DNA of 64,000 bases from Octopus sinensis (GCF_006345805.1 NC_043000.1:75020001-75084000); one strand, 5' to 3'. Positions 51,722 to 61,619 are shown, numbered from the stretch's first letter. A program made the numbers and translations. Notes: generated by a model not told the origin, from the sequence alone.

Positions 51722-53818
51722 ATCATCATCATCATCATCATCATTTAGCGTCCGTTTTCCATGCTAGCATGGGTTGGACGGTTCAACTGGGGTCTGGGGA
51801 GCCCGAAAGCTGCACCAGGCCAGTCAGATCTGGCAGTGTTTCTACAGCTGGATGCCCTTCCTAACGCCAACCACTCCGAGAGTGTAGTGGGTGATTTTAT
51901 GTGCCACCGACACAGGTGCCAGACGAGGCTGGCGAACGGCCACGCTCGGATGGTGTTTTTATGTGCCACCGACACAGGTGCCAGACGAGGCTGGCAGACG
52001 GCCACGCTCGGATGGTGTTTTTATGTGCCACCGACACAGGTGCCAGATGAGGCTGGCAGGTGCCAGACGAGGCTGGCAGACGGCCACGCTCGGATGGTGT
52101 TTTTATGTGCCACCGACACAGGTGCCAGATGAGGCTGGCGGACGGCCACGATCGGATGGTGTTTGTTACGTCCCCAAAGCACGGAGGCCAGTCTATGCGG
52201 TACTGGCTACGGCCACGTTCGGATGATTTTCTTGTGTGCCACCGGCACTGGTACCACAAAGATACAAATTCCATTTATGCTCATCTATTTTGATTTGTTT
52301 TGATTTGATTTGATTTTCACTTGCCTCAACAGGTCTTCACAAGTGTCACAAGAAGGAAGGTATGCACAGGTGGACTGTCTACGTCGCCGGGTCTTCGGAT
52401 GGTGTCTTTATGTGCCACCGACACAGGTGCCAGATGTGGCTGGCGAACGGCCACGATCGGATGGTTTTCTTGTGTGCCACCGGTACTGGAACCACAAAGA
52501 TACAAATTCCATTGATGTTCATCTATTTTGATTTGGTTTGATTTTCACTTGCCTCAACAGGTCTTCACAAGTGTCACGCGTGTCACACACTTGCCTCAAC
52601 AGGTCTCCACAAGTGTCACACACTTGCCTCTGCCTCAACAGGTCTTCACAAGTGTCACACACTTGCCTCTGCCTCAACAGGTCTTCACAAGTGTCATAAG
52701 AGGGAAGGTATGCACAGGTGGACTGACTACGTCGCCGGGTCTTTGGATGGTGTTTTTATGTGCCACCGACACAGGTGCCAGGTGAGGCTGGCGAACGGCC
52801 ACGATCAGATGGTGTTTGTTGTGCCCACAGCACGGAGGCCAGTCGATGCGGTACCAGCTACGGCCACTTCGGATGGTTTTCTTGTGTGCCACCGGTACTG
52901 GAACCACAAAGATACAAATTCCATTGATATTCATCTATTTTGATTTGGTTTGATTTTCACTTGCCTCAACAGGTCTTCACAAGTGTCACACACTTGCCTC
53001 AACAGGTCTTCACAAGTGTCATAAGAGGGAAGGTATGCACAGGTGGACTGACTACGTCGCCGGGTCTTCGGATGGTGTCTTTATGTGCCACCGGCACAGG
53101 TGCCAGATGAGGCTGGCGAACGGCCACGATCGGATGGTGTTTGTTGTGCCCACAGCACGGAGGCCAGTCGATGCGGTACTGGTTACGGCCACGTTTGGGT
53201 GGTTTTCTTGTGTGCCACCGGCACTGGTACCACAAAGAATACAATTCCACTGATGTTCATCTATTTTGATTTGTTTTGATTTGATTTGATTTTCACTTGC
53301 CTCAACAGGTCTTCATAAGTGTCACAAGAAGGAAGGTATGCACAGGACTGACTACGTCCCAGGTCGGGGCCACGGGTTATGGCCTGACTAGTCTTGCCGG
53401 GTCTTCTCATGCACAGCATACTTCCATTGGTCTCGGTCTCTAGACATTTCCTTAGTGAGACCTAAAGTTCGAAGGTCGTGCTTCACCACCTCGTCCCAGG
53501 TTTTCCTGGGTCTACCTCTTCCACAGGTTCCCTCCACTGCTAGGGTGTAGCACTTTTGCACACAACTATCTTCAGCCTTTCTTGTCACATGACCATACCA
53601 GCGCAGCCGTCTCTCTTGCACGCCACAACTGACGCTTCTTAGGTTCAGCTTTTCTCTCAAGGAACTTACACTCTGACGATTATGAACACTGACATTACAC
53701 ATCCATCGGAGCATACTGGCTTCATTTCTTGCGAGCTTACGCATATCCTCAGCAGTCACGGCCCATGTTTCACTACCATGTAGCATGGCTGTACGTACAC
53801 ATGCATCATACAGTCTGC

Positions 53819-53822
<4 letters not shown>
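51722..53822 (-). mobile_element. 5'-truncated RTE LINE with greatly expanded tandem-repeat 3'UTR
   Basis: RT C-terminus (TGRLYDACVRTAMLHGSETW...RLRWYGHV) 53388-53820; 3'UTR about 1.6 kb versus about 0.5 kb in other copies. Confidence 0.9.
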
Positions 53823-53855
<33 letters not shown>

Positions 53856-53906
53856 TACAATATACATATATATACATGCATATATATACACAATATACAT
53901 ACATAC

Positions 53907-53950
<44 letters not shown>

Positions 53951-54523
53951 ACACATATACACACACTCATACTTATTTACACATATGTGCATGTATACAT
54001 ATGTATATGTATACACACACACGCAAATATACATGTGCACACATACATTTAAATATACAAGCTCCTATGTGTGTGCATATATATGTGTGTGTGTGTGTGT
54101 GTATGAATACATAGTAAGCAGTCTAAAGTAAAGAATAAGTATACATCAAAATATATTAAATAGATATGAATGTATAAGATGAAGAAAGAATATAAAAAGA
54201 AAAGAAAATGAACACAGTTCTTGTTTTCTTTTTCTTCTTATGTATATGTATGTATGTGTGCAGGTGTGTGCATATATGCATGTATCTGCTTATATATGCA
54301 TGAACATCCATATGCCTAATTCATGTATGCTCTCTCATATATATGTATGTGCTAATTTTGTGGGGGGTGTTTTGGTATGTGTATATGTGTGCGTAGAAGT
54401 GTGTGATGACATGCATAAGATTTCTTTTTTCTTTTTTCCCTCTTTATTTCTTTTCTTATTTATCTATGTATTTGCTTATTGAACAACATAACAGTCAAAC
54501 TTTTTAAATTATCCATGTGAGAT

Positions 54524-54855
54524 TGTACTGAGTGTGCGATTTGAATATAGAGGCACCTACCTTCTCTTCGTAGTGATAGAGACCCTCCAGAGACGACTAG
54601 TCCTTCCTCACAGCCCCGACCCGAACACTAACGATAGCAGCTGCTAGCCCAAACCCTTAGCGATGTCCTCGCACGTCTTGTCACCTCCACGACCCACGTT
54701 GGAAAGGGCGATTTCCGCTCCCTGCGCACGCCTGACAGCTGACCCCTTCCGCTTGCCCCGCTTCCGGTCAACACACCCGGCTGCTGACGTCCGGCTGCTG
54801 ACGTCCGGCTGCTGACGTCCGGCTGCTGACGTCCAGCTGCTGACGTCATCCCACA
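54524..54855 (-). repeat. 3' LTR (332 bp), TGTGGGATGAC...CACTCAGTACA
   Basis: Preceded by a purine-rich tract (aagatcagggtggtg) directly after the integrase stop; bounded by the TSD. Confidence 0.85.
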
Positions 54856-54868
54856 CACCACCCTGATC

Positions 54869-56299
54869 TTAAAGATCACAATCTCTCCGCTCCATGTTGT
54901 AGTCTACCATCCAACCGGGAGAGCGCCTTGCTCGTCGAGATCTTCTCAAGCTGGGCTCCTCATTCTCCCCCTCTCCAGAATCATCGTCCGTCGAAGCAAC
55001 AATCCTGCGAAGGTCCAAGACGTGTCGTGGTGTTCCATCTACGGATATGTTGCTTCTGGAATTGATCGCCGTCACCGTTCCTCTGCTCCATTGAGACGTA
55101 CAGCACGCCTTTGGTGGCTTGACCCAGACTTCCTCCCCTATTTTCACGCGAACGGGTCCCTTCTCTTCCTCGTGACCCTCCGGCGCTTTGCTCGGGTGCC
55201 TCCATTCATATTTGAACACAGCTCTCTGCGGCACAGATTCCTCAGCTTGTCCGGATTGGGGAGACAAGTTGTACCAAAAAACTGCTTCAAGCGGCGAAAT
55301 GTACCCTCTTTCCGCTATGGCCTTGACTGTCCGATGGTGCCTCTCCACGATCCCGTTACCGCCCGGCCTATATGCTGCTCTGAACAAGCGTCGCACGTTC
55401 CACCGATCAAGCATAACCCTCAATGCTTCCGAACGAAACGCCGCCCCGTTGTCCATCAGTAGTTCTTCCACGGGACCTCTCTCTAAAAATATCCCGTTCA
55501 GGATCTGCACGATCTCGTCAGCAATGCCCGATCTCAACTCCCTCCAAATGGCCAGCCGGCCCGGCCCACAGTCGACCATGGAGAGGTACATTTGCTGACG
55601 GTAGTGTGTCACATCCACAGCTAGCCTTTTCCAGTTCTGCTCCACGGAAAGGCTTCCCTGTTCATGCCCACACGGAGCAGGGTCGATGGACTGACACCTG
55701 TTGCAGCTCCCGACCACCTTCCGGACGCTTCTCCTAGTGACGTCAGCATCAATTTTTTTTGCCAGATACAGGGTCCTGTCCACACCCAGGTGATGCATAG
55801 CGTGCAGTTTCTTCAGTTCAGAGTCATCCAACCGACACGCCACAGCTATCCCTTTCCGGGCCTCCTCCGGTTCTTCCAACCACGCCCTTTTCACCCTGGT
55901 CAGTACGTCCGCCCTGTTTTTCTCCGAAGGCACGAAAACCATGTTCAGCTTCAGTCCGAATTCGGCGATCAATTCACCTAGAACTCCTAGACGGCGCTTC
56001 ACTAACATCTCCGCAGCACCTTTCGTCCGCACTCTCCTGTCACCGGTGATCACCGATCCTACCCAGCCAAGCACAGTGGCCGAATCCGTCCGCATTTCAA
56101 TCGTGCGCAGCCCCCATTTCAAGGCCAAGTTCACCCCTTTCAGCAGCGTGTCTAATTCGGCGACATTGATGTGGTTGAAATCATCTGCTTTCTGAAGCCA
56201 GGCCGCGTCCTCCACCGCAGTGCCTTCGATTGCCAACACCACCCCTATCGCTATAGTGCTAGCATCACACCAGACGGTCCCGCATTTCGTCTTGGGCAC
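54869..56299 (-). CDS. Gypsy pol 3' half: RNase H + integrase (open, 476 aa)
   Basis: RH WCDAS..INVAELD..TDS; HHCC HAMHHLG..CNRC; D-D(35)E AVDVTH / MDNG / IVERHH; C-terminal GPY/F-like segment. Confidence 0.93.
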   Translation of the reverse strand: MPKTKCGTVWCDASTIAIGVVLAIEGTAVEDAAWLQKADDFNHINVAELDTLLKGVNLALKWGLRTIEMRTDSATVLGWVGSVITGDRRVRTKGAAEMLVKRRLGVLGELIAEFGLKLNMVFVPSEKNRADVLTRVKRAWLEEPEEARKGIAVACRLDDSELKKLHAMHHLGVDRTLYLAKKIDADVTRRSVRKVVGSCNRCQSIDPAPCGHEQGSLSVEQNWKRLAVDVTHYRQQMYLSMVDCGPGRLAIWRELRSGIADEIVQILNGIFLERGPVEELLMDNGAAFRSEALRVMLDRWNVRRLFRAAYRPGGNGIVERHHRTVKAIAERGYISPLEAVFWYNLSPQSGQAEESVPQRAVFKYEWRHPSKAPEGHEEEKGPVRVKIGEEVWVKPPKACCTSQWSRGTVTAINSRSNISVDGTPRHVLDLRRIVASTDDDSGEGENEEPSLRRSRRARRSPGWMVDYNMERRDCDL

Positions 56300-56307
56300 T
56301 CACTACA

Positions 56308-56319
56308 AGCTATTTCGGC
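56308..56319 (+). promoter_or_regulatory. Putative non-canonical PBS AGCTATTTCGGC, complementary to nt 1-12 of tRNA-Phe(GAA)
   Basis: Immediately follows CACTCACTACA (10/11 match to the LTR 3' end); exact reverse complement of GCCGAAATAGCT (metazoan tRNA-Phe 5' end, recalled from memory). Confidence 0.7.
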
Positions 56320-56353
56320 TGTTCGTAAACATTCACATTTTTTTTTCAACACG

Positions 56354-57118
56354 ATGTCTGCAAAAATTAGGATCGCCAGTGACGTTGTCAGACCTTTTAA
56401 CGGCGAAGGCGATGTAGTGGCCTGGATTCGCAAAATCAGGCTGGTGGCGAGACTGCAGGGCATAAGTGACGTGGCGAGTCTTATGGCGCTGTATTTGGAA
56501 GGGAGCGCGTTGTCGCTCTACCTGGAGATGGATGAAGAGGAACGGCTCAGCGATGAGAATATAGAGCGACGCTTGTGTGACGCATACACGGAATGCGAGT
56601 ACACAGCTTTCGCTAAGCTAGGTGCAATCAGGTGGACGGGAGGCCACATGGACGACTTTGCATCAGAAGCTAGAAGGCTAGCGACTCTGGCCGGGTTTGC
56701 CGGAGAAGGACTGGAGAGAGCAGCCCGACTGGCGTTCGTGAATGGGTTCCCCGACGATGTAGGGATTCACCTACAACGACTGCTCGGGGTTAAAAAGATG
56801 CCATTGAGTGAACTTGTAGCTCAGGCTCGCGCATTGACGAGACACTCTGGGTGGAAGGCGATAGCGATGGCGGTGACGGAGGCGCGTAAAGACGGACGAC
56901 GTCCCGAGAAAGAGGTACAGAAGCTCACCGTGCAACGAGAGCGGCCGTTCTCAGGACGGTGTTTTAGATGCCAGGGACCGCACATGGTGCGGGACTGTAC
57001 GCAGCCGGGGCCCGTTTGCTATCGATGCAGGCAGACAGGGCACATTGCCCGTGATTGCGGCCAGGGAAACGACTGCGGGGAAGTTGCTGCCTCTCGAACT
57101 TTCCCCTCAAACGAGTAG
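56354..57118 (+). CDS. Gypsy gag (254 aa) with zinc knuckles
   Basis: MSAKIRIASDVVRPFNGEGD...; CFRCQGPHMVRDC and CYRCRQTGHIARDC. Confidence 0.92.
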   Translation: MSAKIRIASDVVRPFNGEGDVVAWIRKIRLVARLQGISDVASLMALYLEGSALSLYLEMDEEERLSDENIERRLCDAYTECEYTAFAKLGAIRWTGGHMDDFASEARRLATLAGFAGEGLERAARLAFVNGFPDDVGIHLQRLLGVKKMPLSELVAQARALTRHSGWKAIAMAVTEARKDGRRPEKEVQKLTVQRERPFSGRCFRCQGPHMVRDCTQPGPVCYRCRQTGHIARDCGQGNDCGEVAASRTFPSNE

Positions 57119-57123
57119 AGGCA
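57064..57123 (+). promoter_or_regulatory. -1 programmed ribosomal frameshift signal (GGGAAAC + H-type pseudoknot)
   Basis: G GGA AAC in gag phase; 6-nt spacer; S1 57077-57085/57097-57106; S2 57088-57094/57117-57123. Confidence 0.8.
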
Positions 57124-58127
57124 CTATTGGAGATGGTGCCATTGATTGACGTGGAGGCCGAGGGGGAGACGTTCAAGGCCCTTGTGGATACGGGCTGTAC
57201 GACCACCCTGGTGACTTCGAGGGTGACGAAGGAATGGAACGGGGTGAGTAGTGTCCGGGCGGTCGACGGCAGCGAAATCCGTTGCAGAGGCAAGGTAGAG
57301 ATAGTGGTGCGCAGCGCGACGCTAAGGCTGCAGGCAATTGTGGCTGAACGCGTGATAGATGGAGTTGATGTGGTGATGGGGATGGACGCCATCAACTGCC
57401 TCGGTGGCGTCAGTGTTGTGGGAAATGAGGTCACGTTCGGAAGTGTGGGGACGTCGTGCACTGCGAGTCAGGATCGCCAGAGAGAGCAGAGCTCCGTGAG
57501 GGACTGCACTGCTTACACCATCGAGGACAAAGACTTTCAGGCAGCGTTCGATGGTCAGCGGTGGACGATAGAGTGGCGATGGAAGGACGAGCCCCCGATG
57601 CTGGAGAACAGGGTGAGCTGTTACCAGCATACCCTGAAAGGCCACGCCAGGGTCGAGTTTGAAGACGAGGTGGAGAGGTGGATCGAGGAAGGGGTCCTTG
57701 TCCCTTGGAAGGAGGAGGTAGCGGGCGGAGTGCTACCCCTGATGGCGGTGGTGCAGCCTACGAAGGGAAAAGTCAGACCGGTGCTGGACTTCAGGAAGCT
57801 AAACCAGCACATATCGTGTCACACGGGAGGTGAGGCGACAGACGTTTGTGGTGAGGCATTACGTAAGTGGAGACAGTCGACTGAGGCAGCGGCGATTGTC
57901 GACTTGAGATCGGCATACTTGCAGCTCCATGTGAGCGACAAACTGTGGCGATATCAGCTGGTGCGGTACAAGGGCCGGACGTACTGTCTAACCAGGCTGG
58001 GTTTCGGGCTGAATTCCGCTCCGAAGATCATGGCGGCAGTGCTTAGGTCTGTCCTAGGGAAAGACGGCAAGATTAGAAAGGCCACCAGCTCCTACATTGA
58101 CGACATTTTGGTGGACGAAACTGTAGT
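57064..58127 (+). CDS. Gypsy pol 5' half: protease + RT truncated just after YIDD, in the -1 frame to gag
   Basis: ALVDTGC (PR), VRPVLDFRKLN, DLRSAYLQ, LGFGLNSAP and YIDDILV; runs into an inverted LTR remnant at 58126. Confidence 0.92.
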
Positions 58128-58136
58128 CATCCCACA

Positions 58137-58497
58137 GAGATATATAAATGTAAGGAGAATTAGGTATTAGAAGAAGGGAAGAAAGAAGAAAGAAAAATAT
58201 AAAAGAGTAAGTTGAAGGAGGGATTGGGCAAGATTAGTTGACTGGTAGTAGATGATATGGTAGTTTTGGCTGAATCACAGGATTCTCTCTCCCCCATGAC
58301 CAGAAATATTTTCTCACCCTCTCCCCTCCAATTTATCTGTTCTTCAAGTACCGATCCCACTACTAAATCCTGTGATTCGGCCAAAATTTCTATATCATCT
58401 ACTATCAGTCAACTAACCTTGCCCAATAGCTCCTTCCTCACACTACCTTATATTTTTTTTTCCTCCTTACATTTACATATCCCTCTCATACTGTGCC
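58137..58497. repeat. Foldback/MITE-like imperfect palindrome
   Basis: Arms about 58137-58287 and 58364-58497 are reverse complements (mirrored ORFs 58160..58384 and 58257..58622). Confidence 0.7.
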
Positions 58498-58681
58498 CTC
58501 CATACATTGTGATTGAATCTTCTTTGCATCAACATGTACCTCCTTGCGACAATGTAACTTTCAATCTAATCAAGACATCCTTGGCCTCACTTTTACCACT
58601 TCTGAGGTTCCACTCACTATGAAGCATATATAGCCAAGATTTCTCCTACTCCATTCCATAACTCTTGTGTGTGTGTGTGTG

Positions 58682-58715
<34 letters not shown>

Positions 58716-59110
58716 TACTCTTTTTACTCTTTTACTTGTTTCAGTCATTTGACTGCGGCCATACTGGAGCACCGCCTTTAATCGAGCAACTCGACCCTGG
58801 TACTTATTCTTTTTGTAAGCCCAGTACTTATTCTATCGGTCTCTTTTGCCGAACCGCTAAGTAATGAGGACATAAACACACCAGCATCGGTTGTCAAGCA
58901 ATGCTAGGGGAACAAACACACACACGCATATATATATATATATATATATACATATATACGACGGGCTTCTTTCAGTTTCCGTCTACCAAATCCACTCACA
59001 AGGTTTTGGTCGGCCCGAGGCTATAGTAGAAGACACTTGCCCAAGGTGCCATGCAGTGGGACTGAACCCGGAACCATGTGGTTGGTAACCAAGCTACTTA
59101 CCACACAGCC
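58716..59110 (-). mobile_element. Family A SINE
   Basis: Full-length reverse-complement match to 3655-4075. Confidence 0.85.
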
Positions 59111-59639
59111 TCTATATATAGGGAGAATTCCCAAAAAGAACAAAAGATGAAGACAGGTGGTGTAGGCAACAAACAGATGTATTAGTATAACGCTCTGGAA
59201 GTAAAAAAGTCTTTAACATTTCGAGCCTATGTTCTTCCACAGAAAGGAACACAGACAGAAACAAGGAGACAAAATAAAGAATGTGTAGTGGCTAGCGATC
59301 TATCATGTATGTATGTATATATAGAAAGCATTGTAGTTTGATTGAAGCATTGTTGTACAGAAGTAGAAAATGAAGAAAAAGAGAGATAAAGAAAGCTTCT
59401 AACAATGCAGAAAGCTTTACAAAAAAAGGAACATTTATATTTCAGATGCAAAGTTCTGTCTTCAGATGAAAGTTTTCAAAGATATGTATATTTTCATAGA
59501 TTTTGTTATTTTAAACTGCTTGGCATTTGGGTTAGCAGCGGCAGCAACTCTCTGACTGTTGGTGCAAGCAACTCTCCAACAGTTGGTTGTGGTCATTATG
59601 ACATATTTACACATGTTAGTCATGGTGTTGGAAGATGGT

Positions 59640-61460
59640 AATGGTGGCGTATGTTAGTTGTAGTCGCAGTGATATATTAATAGGAACCACTTGCCCATCT
59701 CCAATCAACTATTAATTTTCAGGTTGAGGCAGTAGAATCAGTATATCTTCTTTGTCACAAATAGTTCCTGTGTTCCTCTCCAAGGCTTGTATGGAAGCAT
59801 CTATAGCTTTGGTGATGTTGCCACATTTAATTAAGTGTTTGTGAAAGGAAGATGTATTGGTAGTGAGGTTCTCCTTCACTCAGATGCTACTGATATAATA
59901 GTTGTAGCATTTGGAGTTTATGTACACTATGTATGAATGTTGGCACATGTTTGTGTTGTAAATAGGGCAGTTTGTCAGTGTGCAGGGTTGCTGTTCTGCA
60001 CATAACCACCTCTTTGATAGGTGTTTATGTAGGGGTGATTTCGAATCAGCTAGTAGGATGTAAATGGCAGAGGTGGTCATTTCATTAAAGTGGGGCATCT
60101 TCAAGAAGCAGGTCTTAGACAAATCCCTATCGTCACATTTATTTGGCTTGTGTCCATGTATGGAGTTAATAACAGATGTTGGGTATCCATTGGTCTCAAG
60201 CACCTTCAGAAACTGAGCAACATGTGTGTCCTGGCTGGCCTTGTCACTCACTGCATCTCTTGTTTATTCAAGCAATTTTGTTATGTACAAAGTTGATCTT
60301 AGCTCTGATGGGAAAGTCCAACTTGTAATGGATGAAGACATCCCAGCAGATTGACTTTCAGTAGAACACAATGTCAATCTTTTCCTCATCCATGATGTTT
60401 AGCCAAAAGTCAACCAAGAAGAGGGAACCATTATTGTTTGGGTGTTCAGTGGTTGAGTTAAAGTGTTGGTCCATCCTATTGAAATTCTATAGTATTGTGG
60501 AGGTGTCCTCGTGGGATGCAGTGAGCATGAGGTTCTTGTCTGCATACCGAGTGAAGAATATGCATGAATGACAGGTACTAAGTGTTCTATGCTCCAGCTG
60601 GTCTAAGTAAATAATGTCAAGCAGTCCTGAGTGGTTGGATCCCATAGACAGGCTTGAACACTGTTTACATATGTTGCCAAGGAAATCAGAGTGTGTGTGT
60701 TTGTAATTATGACTGACAGTTGCTGGTAGATATCAGGGGTGATAAGTTTGAAACAGTGTGAGTCCAAGGTGACACATTCTGTGATCAGGTTGACCGCAGG
60801 AAGGACAGGAACTAAGGTATATAGCAAGACCATGCCAAAGCTGAAGGCAGAAACGTTAGCACGCCGGGCGAAATGCTTAGCGGTATTTTGTCTGCGTTAC
60901 GTTGTGAGTTCGAATTCCGCCGAGGTCGACTTTGCCTTTCATCCTTTCGGGGTCGATAAATTAAGTACCAGTTACGCACTGGGGTCGATGTAATCGACTT
61001 AATACCTATGTCTGTCCTTGTTTGTCCCCTCTGTGTTTAGCCCCTTGTGGGTAATAAAGAAATAGGTATATCTGTTGTCTCTGAGTGTGTTGGGTTCAAG
61101 ACAGAGCTGTTGTTGAATGACTTTGTCTGGGCTGACTTGACCTAAGAAAGTCAACAGTACGGGTTTCAGGATCCTGAACAGGAACCATGAGATTTTATAA
61201 AATGGTCCCTTGGAGACTGTGGGTCTGATGTGGAAGGTCAGGTTCCTGCTTATGTGTCTTGATAAGAAAGTAAAATGTAGGCATCTTACTGTTTTGTGTA
61301 GTGAAGTTCCTTTTGATCCTTGCTGGAAGTTTACACTGTTTACAGATGTTGACAATAGGCTTTTGCACCCAAAATATAAAGGATTTTGGGTTTTTTGGTA
61401 AAACTTTCTGCATTGTCAGAAGCTTTCATTATTTCTCTTTTCCTTCATTTTTTACACATA
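59640..61460 (-). mobile_element. Degenerate Penelope-like element (RT + C-terminal region), split by a family B SINE
   Basis: PTFYFLIKTHK (61195-61413); FTRYADK..HFNSTTEHPNNNGSLFLVD; LETNGYP..KMPH..C..C (59880-60251). Confidence 0.7.
60834..61064 (+). mobile_element. tRNA-derived SINE, family B
   Basis: High identity to 28118-28345. Confidence 0.88.
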
Positions 61461-61619
61461 AATGTGTGTGTACACATGCTGGAGCACCACCTGTATAATC
61501 ACTTTTTCCATGGCCATTCTTATATGGTTGGCTTTTGGTAAAGGAGGAAGTTTGACATTGCTGCCCTGTTTTGAGTTTCTTGCCATGATGTAAGCTTATC
61601 CGGAACTTTGGACAATAGG

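Larger units (their letters stand above)
54524..58136 (-). mobile_element. Young Ty3/Gypsy LTR retrotransposon with an internal inversion; 5-bp TSD GAGAT
   Basis: GAGAT at 54519-54523 and 58137-58141; TG...CA termini; open gag, PR-RT and RH-IN frames; visibly GC- and CpG-rich. Confidence 0.92.

Noticed and set aside
51350-54114. Many Y/I/H/V/C-rich ORFs
   Set aside because: Translations of (TA)n, (CA)n and (CAT)n microsatellites and of RTE UTR repeats.
54600-54780. Tf1-style self-priming for the 54524-58136 element
   Set aside because: I found no segment of the LTR complementary to AGCTATTTCGGC, whereas the recalled tRNA-Phe 5' end matches 12/12.
54981-57812. Overlapping alternative-frame ORFs across the Gypsy element
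   Set aside because: Expected shadow ORFs of GC-rich coding sequence; no domain motifs.
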